Assembly: GCF_988243305.1 (NCBI RefSeq)
Contig: NZ_OZ547136.1
DNA length: 64,000 nt
Reading direction: 5' to 3' (one strand)
The notes beneath the pieces were generated by a model. It was not told the origin of the DNA. It did no database searches and was given only the letters and a program-made list of their open reading frames with translations. Below are positions 20,500-29,645 of this stretch, in pieces; within the stretch, counting starts at the first letter, position 1, and each line of letters starts with the position of its first letter. A program made the position numbers and the translations under genes.

Positions 20500-23400
20500 A
20501 TGAGCAAACAATCACAGCATGTATTAATTGCCCTGCCCCACCCGCTGCTTCACCTGGTCAGTTTAGGTTTAGTCTCGTTTATCTTTACCCTTTTCTCGCT
20601 TGAGCTTTCGCAGTTTGGCACCCAACTCGCCCCACTGTGGTTCCCGACGTCCATCATGATGGTGGCGTTTTATCGCCATGCCGGGCGTATGTGGCCGGGG
20701 ATTGCGCTGAGCTGCTCACTGGGAAATATCGCCGCATCCATCCTGCTTTTTTCCACCAGCTCGCTGAACATGACCTGGACGACCATCAATATTGTTGAAG
20801 CCGTGGTCGGGGCAGTGCTACTGCGTAAATTGCTGCCGTGGTATAACCCATTGCAAAATCTGGCTGACTGGCTGCGTCTGGCACTCGGCAGCGCCATTGT
20901 TCCGCCTCTGTTGGGGGGTGTTCTGGTTATCCTGCTGACGCCCGGAGACGATCCTCTCAGGGCATTTTTGATATGGGTACTGTCAGAATCCATCGGCGCA
21001 CTGGCACTGGTGCCACTGGGATTGTTATTTAAACCACACTATCTGCTGCGCCATCGCAACCCAAGGTTGCTTTTTGAGTCGCTGCTCACGTTAGCCATCA
21101 CACTGACGTTAAGCTGGCTTTCGATGCTGTATCTGCCGTGGCCTTTTACTTTCATTATTGTGCTGTTGATGTGGAGCGCCGTGCGCCTGCCACGAATGGA
21201 AGCCTTTTTGATCTTCCTTACCACGGTGATGATGGTGTCACTGATGATGGCCGCGGATCCCTCCCTGCTTGCTACGCCGCGTACATACCTGATGAGCCAT
21301 ATGCCGTGGCTACCGTTTTTGCTGATCCTGCTGCCCGCCAACATCATGACCATGGTGATGTATGCCTTTCGTGCGGAACGCAAACACATTTCCGAAAGCG
21401 AAACCCGCTTTCGGAACGCGATGGAATATTCCGCTATCGGTATGGCGTTAGTGGGCACCGAGGGACAATGGCTGCAATCCAACAAAGCACTCTGCCAGTT
21501 TCTCGGTTACAGTCAGGAAGAGCTGCGCGGACTCACCTTTCAGCAACTGACCTGGCCGGAGGATCTCAATAAAGATCTGCAACAGGTTGAAAAGCTGATC
21601 AGCGGTGAAATAAACACCTATTCAATGGAAAAACGCTACTACAACCGCAATGGCGATGTTGTCTGGGCGTTGCTTGCCGTCTCACTGGTGCGCCACACGG
21701 ATGGCACGCCGCTCTATTTTATCGCTCAGATTGAAGACATTAACGAGCTAAAACGCACCGAACAGGTGAATCAGCAACTGATGGAGCGCATCACGCTGGC
21801 TAACGAAGCGGGCGGGATTGGCATCTGGGAGTGGGAGCTTAAGCCGAATATTTTTAGCTGGGATAAGCGGATGTTCGAGCTGTATGAAATTCCTCCGCAT
21901 ATCAAACCGAACTGGCAGGTGTGGTACGAGTGCGTGCTGCCGGAAGATCGCCAGCATGCCGAAAAAGTGATTCGTGATTCGTTGCAATCACGCTCTCCCT
22001 TTAAACTGGAATTTCGCATTACCGTGAAAGACGGCATTCGCCATATCCGCGCCCTCGCTAACCGGGTACTGAATAAAGAAGGCGAAGTCGAACGCCTGCT
22101 CGGCATTAATATGGATATGACCGAGGTAAAACAGCTTAACGAGGCATTGTTTCAGGAAAAAGAGCGCCTGCACATTACGCTGGATTCCATCGGCGAAGCC
22201 GTGGTCTGTATTGATATGGCAATGAAAATTACCTTTATGAATCCGGTGGCGGAGAAGATGAGCGGCTGGACGCAGGAAGAAGCGTTAGGTGTTCCACTCC
22301 TGACGGTGTTGCATATTACTTTTGGCGACAACGGACCATTAATGGAGAACATTTACAGTGCCGACACCTCACGTTCCGCGATTGAACAAGATGTGGTGTT
22401 GCACTGCCGAAGCGGCGGCAGCTACGACGTGCATTACAGTATTACGCCGTTAAGTACTCTGGACGGCAGCAATATTGGTTCGGTTCTGGTGATTCAGGAC
22501 GTCACCGAATCGCGCAAAATGCTGCGCCAGCTGAGCTACAGCGCCTCCCATGATGCACTGACGCATCTCGCCAATCGCGCCAGTTTTGAGAAGCAACTAC
22601 GCATCCTGCTGCAAACGGTAAACAGTACACATCAGCGACATGCACTGGTGTTTATCGATCTTGATCGCTTTAAAGCGGTGAATGACAGCGCCGGGCACGC
22701 CGCTGGCGACGCTTTACTGCGCGAACTGGCGTCATTGATGCTGAGTATGCTGCGCTCCAGCGACGTGCTGGCGCGACTCGGTGGCGATGAATTTGGTCTG
22801 CTGCTGCCAGATTGTAATGTCGAAAGTGCGCGTTTTATCGCTACACGCATTATCAGCGCCGTGAATGACTATCACTTTATCTGGGAAGGACGTGTACATC
22901 GGGTAGGTGCCAGTGCCGGGATTACCTTGATTGATGACAACAATCATCAGGCGGCTGAAGTGATGTCGCAGGCTGATATCGCCTGTTATGCCTCCAAAAA
23001 TGGTGGCCGGGGCCGGGTGACGATTTACGAACCGCAGCAAGCTGCCGCACATAGCGAACGGGCGGCGATGTCGCTTGATGAACAGTGGCGGATGATTAAA
23101 GAGAATCAGTTGATGATGATCGCCCACGGTGTCGCTTCGCCGCGGATCCCGCAAGCGCGTAATTTGTGGCTGATTTCACTTAAGCTCTGGAGTTGCGAAG
23201 GCGAGATTATTGATGAACAAACATTTCGTCGTAGCTTCAGCGATCCGGCACTTAGCCATGCTCTTGACCGACGGGTATTCCACGATTTTTTCCAGCAGGC
23301 CGCCAAAGCGGTTGCCAGTAAAGGTATAAGCATCGCCCTCCCGCTTTCCGTTGCCGGTTTGAGTAGCGCCACGCTGGTGAATGAACTAATTGAGCAGCTG

Positions 23401-23817
23401 GAAAATAGCCCTCTACCACCACGGTTATTACATCTGATTATTCCGGCAGACGCGATTTTAGATCACGCAGAAAGCGTGCAAAAACTGCGGCTGGCGGGAT
23501 GTCGGATCGTATTCAGTCAGGTGGGCCGCGATCTGCAAATCTTCAACTCGCTGAAAGCGAATATGGCAGATTACCTGCTACTTGATGGTGAGTTATGCGC
23601 CAACGTGCAGGGAAATTTGATGGATGAGATGCTGATTACGATCATTCAGGGGCACGCTCAGCGGCTCGGGATGAAGACCATCGCCGGGCCAGTAGTTTTA
23701 CCCCTGGTGATGGATACGCTTTCTGGCATCGGCGTCGATCTGATTTATGGCGATGTGATTGCCGATGCCCAACCGCTGGATTTGCTGGTGAATAGCAGTT
23801 ATTTCGCGATTAACTGA
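20500..23817 (+). CDS. dgcE: Multidomain diguanylate cyclase DgcE (YegE): N-terminal MASE1 membrane domain, PAS repeats, GGDEF and degenerate EAL domains
   Basis: 1105-aa ORF with a hydrophobic N-terminus, PAS-like segments, a GGDEF motif (ARLGGDEFGLLL) and a C-terminal EAL-like region. Confidence 0.88.
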   Translation: MSKQSQHVLIALPHPLLHLVSLGLVSFIFTLFSLELSQFGTQLAPLWFPTSIMMVAFYRHAGRMWPGIALSCSLGNIAASILLFSTSSLNMTWTTINIVEAVVGAVLLRKLLPWYNPLQNLADWLRLALGSAIVPPLLGGVLVILLTPGDDPLRAFLIWVLSESIGALALVPLGLLFKPHYLLRHRNPRLLFESLLTLAITLTLSWLSMLYLPWPFTFIIVLLMWSAVRLPRMEAFLIFLTTVMMVSLMMAADPSLLATPRTYLMSHMPWLPFLLILLPANIMTMVMYAFRAERKHISESETRFRNAMEYSAIGMALVGTEGQWLQSNKALCQFLGYSQEELRGLTFQQLTWPEDLNKDLQQVEKLISGEINTYSMEKRYYNRNGDVVWALLAVSLVRHTDGTPLYFIAQIEDINELKRTEQVNQQLMERITLANEAGGIGIWEWELKPNIFSWDKRMFELYEIPPHIKPNWQVWYECVLPEDRQHAEKVIRDSLQSRSPFKLEFRITVKDGIRHIRALANRVLNKEGEVERLLGINMDMTEVKQLNEALFQEKERLHITLDSIGEAVVCIDMAMKITFMNPVAEKMSGWTQEEALGVPLLTVLHITFGDNGPLMENIYSADTSRSAIEQDVVLHCRSGGSYDVHYSITPLSTLDGSNIGSVLVIQDVTESRKMLRQLSYSASHDALTHLANRASFEKQLRILLQTVNSTHQRHALVFIDLDRFKAVNDSAGHAAGDALLRELASLMLSMLRSSDVLARLGGDEFGLLLPDCNVESARFIATRIISAVNDYHFIWEGRVHRVGASAGITLIDDNNHQAAEVMSQADIACYASKNGGRGRVTIYEPQQAAAHSERAAMSLDEQWRMIKENQLMMIAHGVASPRIPQARNLWLISLKLWSCEGEIIDEQTFRRSFSDPALSHALDRRVFHDFFQQAAKAVASKGISIALPLSVAGLSSATLVNELIEQLENSPLPPRLLHLIIPADAILDHAESVQKLRLAGCRIVFSQVGRDLQIFNSLKANMADYLLLDGELCANVQGNLMDEMLITIIQGHAQRLGMKTIAGPVVLPLVMDTLSGIGVDLIYGDVIADAQPLDLLVNSSYFAIN

Positions 23818-23833
23818 GGCGTGCTTCCCCATC

Positions 23834-23858
23834 GCCTGATGCGGCGTATCAGGCCTAC
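23834..23858. repeat. REP element between dgcE and alkA
   Basis: gcctgatgcggcgtatcaggcctac palindrome immediately after the dgcE stop. Confidence 0.65.
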
Positions 23859-24712
23859 AATTCGTCCGTTCCGTCTGGTTGCCAGCCTTCCGTATACCAG
23901 ATATGCAACAGCGCATAAGAACGCCAGGGCTTCCAGCGTTCGGCATAACGGCGGATTTGTGCCGGTGTCATTCCCGGAAATCGCTGTTTAATCAGATAAT
24001 CATCCGGCAGGAAAACATCTTTCGCCTGCCAGCCACGTAAGGCGAAATAATTCGCCGTCCAGCGCCCGATACCCGGAAAAGTTTGCAGCGTTTTCATCGC
24101 TTGCTCTACGTCGCCCGGAAATGTCATTGGTAAGGTGCCCTCCAGCGCCGCATTTGCCAGATGAATCAGTGCCTCTGCCCGTTTCAACGGCATACCTAAC
24201 GCTTTTAATGCCTGCGGGTCGGCTGCAGCCAGCCGCTGAGGCGTGGGGAAGCAGACATAATCCGGAAAATCATCCAGCCGTTCGCCATAAAGCTGTGCCA
24301 CTCTGGCGGTCAATTTTGCCGCCATCGCCACGCTCACCAGTTGGCCTAAAATCGCCCGCACGCCCTGCTCAAAAGCATCAACACTGCCGGGTAAACGCAA
24401 TCCGGGCCGCGCCGCGCCTAACTTGCCCAACGCACCGTTAACAATCTGCGGGTTACATTGCAGATCAAACAGGCGGCTCATTTTCGCCAGACACTCTGCG
24501 GCAACAGGTTCTAAACCTGCACTTAAATTTATGTGCAGAGTATGGCGGGCTATATCCGGAATAGCAGTCACCACGCCGCGATATTCGCCCACCGCCAGAC
24601 TACGGGCATAATAATCGTCAGCGACCGTTTCCACACCGTTCACCGCACGGGCGGCGAGAAATCCCAACATCCACGACCAGTCATACGGCGGCTGCCAGTT
24701 CAGGGTATACAT
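23855..24712 (-). CDS. alkA: DNA-3-methyladenine glycosylase II
   Basis: 285-aa ORF MYTLNWQPPYDWSWMLGFLAARAV, a canonical AlkA N-terminus; helix-hairpin-helix glycosylase fold. Confidence 0.9.
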   Translation of the reverse strand: MYTLNWQPPYDWSWMLGFLAARAVNGVETVADDYYARSLAVGEYRGVVTAIPDIARHTLHINLSAGLEPVAAECLAKMSRLFDLQCNPQIVNGALGKLGAARPGLRLPGSVDAFEQGVRAILGQLVSVAMAAKLTARVAQLYGERLDDFPDYVCFPTPQRLAAADPQALKALGMPLKRAEALIHLANAALEGTLPMTFPGDVEQAMKTLQTFPGIGRWTANYFALRGWQAKDVFLPDDYLIKQRFPGMTPAQIRRYAERWKPWRSYALLHIWYTEGWQPDGTDEL

Positions 24713-24845
24713 CGCATCTCCTTGTTAATCCGCTTTCAGCATAAACGTTATTCAGACGTTACGCTTTGCTTTCATATTCCGGTTGTCGCGACGGCAACAT
24801 TTCGCTAAAGTCACGCCCCTTCTTCACCGGCATGGGGATTATTTC

Positions 24846-26198
24846 GTGTTTATTGGTTTTGATTACGGTACAGCAAACTGTTCAGTGGCGGTCATGCGCG
24901 ACGGTAAACCGCATTTGCTAAAAATGGAAAACGACAGCACGCTGCTGCCTTCAATGCTTTGCGCGCCAACGCGTGAAGCGGTAAGCGAATGGCTGTACCG
25001 CCATCATGATGTTCCGGCAGACGACGATGAAACGCAGGCGCTGCTGCGTCGGGCGATTCGTTATAACCGCGAAGAAGATATCGATGTTACGGCGAAAAGC
25101 GTGCAGTTCGGTCTTTCCTCACTGGCACAGTACATTGATGATCCAGAAGAAGTGTGGTTTGTGAAATCACCAAAATCGTTCCTCGGTGCCAGCGGCTTAA
25201 AACCGCAGCAGGTAGCGCTGTTTGAGGATCTGGTCTGCGCAATGATGTTGCACATTCGCCAGCAGGCGCAGGCACAGCTGCCAGAAGCGATTACTCAGGC
25301 GGTGATTGGTCGCCCTATCAACTTCCAGGGGCTGGGCGGCGATGAAGCAAACACCCAGGCGCAGGGGATTCTGGAACGCGCGGCGAAGCGTGCCGGGTTT
25401 AAGGATGTGGTATTCCAGTACGAGCCGGTCGCGGCTGGGCTGGATTACGAAGCCACCTTGCAGGAAGAAAAACGGGTGCTGGTGGTGGATATCGGCGGTG
25501 GTACGACTGACTGTTCATTGCTGCTGATGGGGCCGCAGTGGCGTTCGCGTCTCGATCGTGAAGCCAGCCTGCTGGGTCACAGTGGTTGCCGTATTGGCGG
25601 TAACGATCTGGATATCGCACTGGCGTTTAAAAACCTGATGCCGTTACTGGGCATGGGTGGCGAAACCGAAAAAGGCATCGCCCTGCCGATTCTGCCGTGG
25701 TGGAATGCGGTTGCCATCAACGACGTACCTGCGCAAAGTGATTTCTACAGTAGTGCCAACGGTCGTCTGCTTAACGATCTGGTACGCGATGCCCGCGAAC
25801 CGGAAAAAGTGGCCCTGTTACAGAAAGTCTGGCGTCAGCGTTTAAGCTATCGCCTGGTACGTAGCGCAGAAGAGAGCAAAATTGCGCTTTCAAGCGTAGC
25901 GGAAACCCGCGCCTCACTGCCGTTTATCAGCGATGAACTGGCTACGCTGATTAGCCAGCAAGGGCTGGAAAGCGCCCTCAACCAGCCACTGATGCGGATT
26001 CTGGAACAGGTGCAACTGGCGCTGGATAACGCCCAGGAAAAACCGGATGTCATCTACCTGACCGGCGGTAGCGCCCGTTCGCCGCTGATTAAAAAAGCGC
26101 TGGCAGAACAGTTGCCGGGCATTCCGATTGCAGGCGGCGATGACTTTGGCTCCGTCACCGCCGGGCTGGCACGCTGGGCGGAGGTGGTGTTTCGTTAA
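24846..26198 (+). CDS. yegD: Hsp70/actin-like ATPase family protein YegD
   Basis: Track ORF begins at an upstream ATG, but the K-12-like N-terminus MFIGFDYGTANCSVAV corresponds to a GTG start at 24846 (450 aa). DYGT and DIGGGTTD ATPase motifs of the sugar-kinase/Hsp70/actin superfamily. Confidence 0.82.
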   Translation: MFIGFDYGTANCSVAVMRDGKPHLLKMENDSTLLPSMLCAPTREAVSEWLYRHHDVPADDDETQALLRRAIRYNREEDIDVTAKSVQFGLSSLAQYIDDPEEVWFVKSPKSFLGASGLKPQQVALFEDLVCAMMLHIRQQAQAQLPEAITQAVIGRPINFQGLGGDEANTQAQGILERAAKRAGFKDVVFQYEPVAAGLDYEATLQEEKRVLVVDIGGGTTDCSLLLMGPQWRSRLDREASLLGHSGCRIGGNDLDIALAFKNLMPLLGMGGETEKGIALPILPWWNAVAINDVPAQSDFYSSANGRLLNDLVRDAREPEKVALLQKVWRQRLSYRLVRSAEESKIALSSVAETRASLPFISDELATLISQQGLESALNQPLMRILEQVQLALDNAQEKPDVIYLTGGSARSPLIKKALAEQLPGIPIAGGDDFGSVTAGLARWAEVVFR

Positions 26199-26210
26199 TT
26201 GAAAACTGGC

Positions 26211-28157
26211 TCAGCAACGGCTTAAATCAGCCTGCGCCTGAGCCAGTTTTTCTGCCGCCTGACGTAACGGTTCCATCAACGGCATGGTCCGTGCTGGAGC
26301 ATGAAGGCGGAATCGCTGCAACTCTGTCGCACCGACAGTCAGCGCCGATTCCAGCCGATGTCGTTTGGCGGCCATTTTTGCCATTACCGCTTGTCTGTCT
26401 GCAGGCGTTACCGCTTCGTTCGGCCTGAAAACAAAACGGCGTTCGCAACTCGCTTTCCAGTCGATAACCGCCTGGGTCAGATGATCACCAAAACCTTTTA
26501 CTTGCTTAACGCTCCGTCGGGTAACGTCTGCCGCCGTTTCAATACCAAAGGACCGTAACGCCGCTTTACGCGCAGGGCCAACGCCGGGAATAGAGGCAAC
26601 ATCAATAAAAAATCCCTCCAGAAACTTCTGCTTCTGCCGTTCCCTTGCGGTGTCCTGAAGTGCTGCCAGATCGCGCTTTTCTTCTTCCGGTAACCCAAGA
26701 ATTTCGTCCTTCATTTTTTCGAGCATCGTCCGTTTGGCGATAAAACCTTCCAGCCCGCCCAACCGTTGGATCTGGCTGACTAAATGGTCATAGTCCATTT
26801 TCGCGCGATTAAACGCCTCACGGCGTTGCTGGATTTCTGCTTTGTACGCTTTGCTTGTCAGGCTGCCAATAATCCAGATAGCCGCCAGCACAGGAACCAA
26901 AATAATATAACGCGGTTCTGCCTGAAGGCCGCAAAGCAACAGCGATAACGCTGACAGTGCGATCTCAATCAGAATGATGTATTCGCGCCGTAACAGGCCT
27001 AAAGGAAGCGGCCTGCCAGTCAGTTGGAAATGATCGGGTAATGGCAGTTGCAATGCTGGCGGTGCTACTGACGCCATCACCATCGCCCAGACTTTCGCCA
27101 GCACAAAATCACCGCTGGTGGTAATGACCTCTTCGCCGAGATCAATAAAATAGATAACGCCTTGATTATCCAGCGCACACCACGGGCAGTCAGTCAAATG
27201 ACCGGGGTAAACATGCATTGCCGAAACGGTACATTTCTTTAACTGTTGGCGTAGTAAATCAAGTGCCGCAACCCACGCTTTTGCCGTCGGACGCCCGGTT
27301 GCCACGCCACTTTCCGTGAATGCCTGCTGAAACATGGTTTCAACATCGCCCGGTAACATCGACAGCGGAATAGATCGTGGCGGCGGTTTTAAACCACGTC
27401 GCTGATTATCTGACGCGTAGGCATAACGGAAATGGGCAATATCCGTCTCCAGTGCATTACCCGCATCAGAGACAAGCGGTACACCGGAATAAGGATGCCG
27501 CCCACCAAACAAGACGTGAAAAATCAGCAACGCAAGGCCAAAATTATCGTGATTCGCGGTGCGTTCAAAGCCGACAAATGATGGCAAGGTTTGCAGCTCT
27601 GGCGGCGTAAAATGCGACACGCCGACTTCGCATAAATGCAGCGTGCCATTGGCGTTAATCTGAAAGGAGTCGCTATCAATCAACACCACTTTGCTGTCAC
27701 GGCCTACCATAAAGCTGTTCTGGTTTACGTCACCCACGACATGCCCGTGCTCGTGAACCGTAGCAAAAGATGAAGCAATATTGCGCGCAACATAGAGTAG
27801 AAAATCCCACGCACAATGAGGGTAACGTTGGCGACGATGTGCCGGGCTATAGATCATATGAATCGGTTCTTTACCAGAAACTTTTGGCATCATAAAACCG
27901 ATAACCTTTCCGCCTCGTCCACCGTGAAGCGTTGCCTGCGGCCAGGCGACATAATTCAACAATTGCGCGTCAGCTGTCGCAGCCATAAAGGCAAGTTTGT
28001 CCTGTTTTAAGGCGGGTGGCGGCGTGTGATAAATCTTGGCGACACTATCGACAAACTCCTCGATATCATAAACCGCGCCTTCGCCACCTTTTCCCAGTTC
28101 ACGCCCGAGAGTGGTCAATTCACCTGTCGATGTAAATACTTTTATATTTGTCTTCAT
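26211..28157 (-). CDS. yegI: Membrane-associated Ser/Thr protein kinase-like protein YegI (N-terminal kinase-like domain, two predicted TM helices, C-terminal helix-hairpin-helix region)
   Basis: 648-aa ORF. Gly-rich loop LGKGGEGAV (res 21-29), candidate catalytic region HGHVVGDVNQN (137-147) and LIDSDS (159-164). Hydrophobic stretches at res ~393-433 (YIILIEIALSALSLLLCG / YIILVPVLAAIWIIGSL). HhH-like motifs IPGVGPARKAALRSFGIETAADV and VKGFGDHLTQAV (res ~521-565). Confidence 0.85.
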   Translation of the reverse strand: MKTNIKVFTSTGELTTLGRELGKGGEGAVYDIEEFVDSVAKIYHTPPPALKQDKLAFMAATADAQLLNYVAWPQATLHGGRGGKVIGFMMPKVSGKEPIHMIYSPAHRRQRYPHCAWDFLLYVARNIASSFATVHEHGHVVGDVNQNSFMVGRDSKVVLIDSDSFQINANGTLHLCEVGVSHFTPPELQTLPSFVGFERTANHDNFGLALLIFHVLFGGRHPYSGVPLVSDAGNALETDIAHFRYAYASDNQRRGLKPPPRSIPLSMLPGDVETMFQQAFTESGVATGRPTAKAWVAALDLLRQQLKKCTVSAMHVYPGHLTDCPWCALDNQGVIYFIDLGEEVITTSGDFVLAKVWAMVMASVAPPALQLPLPDHFQLTGRPLPLGLLRREYIILIEIALSALSLLLCGLQAEPRYIILVPVLAAIWIIGSLTSKAYKAEIQQRREAFNRAKMDYDHLVSQIQRLGGLEGFIAKRTMLEKMKDEILGLPEEEKRDLAALQDTARERQKQKFLEGFFIDVASIPGVGPARKAALRSFGIETAADVTRRSVKQVKGFGDHLTQAVIDWKASCERRFVFRPNEAVTPADRQAVMAKMAAKRHRLESALTVGATELQRFRLHAPARTMPLMEPLRQAAEKLAQAQADLSRC

Positions 28158-28357
28158 AATGTTTTAAGGGCAGTCATATTATATTTTAATGAATAATAAC
28201 ACTGCCCATTATAATTATTTCCATATTGGAAGAGTCCCACTCAAGAATAAAAATGATAATGCAATTTCATCAGGATACAATTCAATTCCAACCTGATAAT
28301 GATTCACTTCCACAGATTTTTTGCTAACTTTTACTACACAGGGATTCTGGAAAAAAG

Positions 28358-28819
28358 ATGAAAAAGATATTACTTATGTTGAGTCTGCTATTTTTTACTA
28401 CCGCGGGCTTTAGTGAAGTTTCGGATACGTTAGTGACGGGAGGTTATGATAAACAAGCGATGTCTGACGCCATTCAACATGCGCGGAAAGAAACCGATCA
28501 ATTCATCGAAATTATGAATAAAAAAGATGCCGATACTTTCGCGGTCAAAGCCCCGATAACCGATCACGGAAGAACAGAGCATTTCTGGCTTACGGATGTC
28601 ACTTATTCTAACGGCATGTTTATTGGCGTAATAAGCAATGACCCTGGTATTGTTACAAACGTAGAATATGGTCAGGAGTGGAAAATCAAGAAAGAAGATA
28701 TTTCAGACTGGATGTATACGCGCGGGGATAAAATTTACGGCGGTTATACCATTGATCCTTTATTAGTCACCTATCCAAAAGAAGAAGCCGACGAGCTAAG
28801 AGCAAAATTAGTTCGCTAA
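28358..28819 (+). CDS. yegJ: Secreted/periplasmic DUF2314-family protein YegJ
   Basis: 153-aa ORF with an N-terminal signal peptide (MKKILLMLSLLFFTTAGFS); divergent from yegI and convergent with pphC. Confidence 0.75.
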   Translation: MKKILLMLSLLFFTTAGFSEVSDTLVTGGYDKQAMSDAIQHARKETDQFIEIMNKKDADTFAVKAPITDHGRTEHFWLTDVTYSNGMFIGVISNDPGIVTNVEYGQEWKIKKEDISDWMYTRGDKIYGGYTIDPLLVTYPKEEADELRAKLVR

Positions 28820-28846
28820 CCAGCCATTATATTGATTGCTTAAACT

Positions 28847-28874
28847 GGCGGTTGAACTGTTGTCTTCAACCGCC
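28847..28874. terminator. Perfect 10-bp stem hairpin between convergent yegJ and pphC (candidate bidirectional terminator)
   Basis: ggcggttgaa-ctgttgtc-ttcaaccgcc read directly; lies in the 64-bp gap between the two stop codons. No strong U-tract on either side. Confidence 0.5.
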
Positions 28875-28883
28875 ATGCGATGT

Positions 28884-29645
28884 TCATTCTGTCCACAGCG
28901 CCAGTGCCAACGTTTTATCATCATCCGTACGCTCGTTTACCGCCGGGCTGGACAAAAACTGCTTTAACAATTCAGGTAATAAATCGAGTTGTTCCTGCGT
29001 TGCTGACGCCAGTCCATTGAAAAACGGGGTAAAAAAAGGCACATGCGGAGAATTATTCAACATATTTAACGCCAGCCTCTGAATACCATCCGTAAATGCT
29101 GCAACTTTATGCGCACGCTCAGTACTGGTGTAAGTTTCCAGTCTGGAAACAGCATCGTCATCGGTAATGAAGTGCGTCATGTTGGCATATTCACCCACCA
29201 TCGGCGTGAGAGGCAATTGCAGACCGTGACCCAAATCTACCACCATGCCGCCATCGCCAATCTGCATAATCAAGGTGCCGTCAGGCGATGAAATCAGTCC
29301 CAGAAATGTACAGGCAAAATCGCGAACCGCTAATTCTTTGGCCTCTGCCTCGGCAAAAAGTCGCTGACGAATGGTCAGCACAATATCCGTGGCGAGGACA
29401 TCATTAAGCCCCAATTCCCCACCCTGCACTTTTTGCGACATATAAGCCATCGCTTCATTGACGGCGAGCATCGCGCCTTCGCCACCCTGCGAGACGCTGC
29501 CTGCGCCATCAGCGACAAATACCGACAATAATGGCTGCTGGTCATTTAACCAGGCAACCTGCATCTGGCAGGCATCCTGGCAAGGCAAGTCCGCGCTGAT
29601 GTGCGACGTTCCAACGGTTGATGCATAGACCAGACGCCAGCTCAC
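28884..29645 (-). CDS. pphC: PP2C-family Ser/Thr protein phosphatase PphC (YegK)
   Basis: 253-aa ORF with PP2C-like metal-binding aspartate motifs ([20 protein letters not shown]). Start codon overlaps the yegL stop by 4 nt. Confidence 0.85.
   Translation of the reverse strand: MSWRLVYASTVGTSHISADLPCQDACQMQVAWLNDQQPLLSVFVADGAGSVSQGGEGAMLAVNEAMAYMSQKVQGGELGLNDVLATDIVLTIRQRLFAEAEAKELAVRDFACTFLGLISSPDGTLIMQIGDGGMVVDLGHGLQLPLTPMVGEYANMTHFITDDDAVSRLETYTSTERAHKVAAFTDGIQRLALNMLNNSPHVPFFTPFFNGLASATQEQLDLLPELLKQFLSSPAVNERTDDDKTLALALWTE

Noticed and set aside
24758-24775. Candidate Ada box in the alkA promoter (minus-strand ...GAAAGCAAAGCGTAACG...).
   Set aside because: Resembles the AAAGCAAA-type Ada site but I could not match it exactly from memory; left as unconfirmed rather than annotated.
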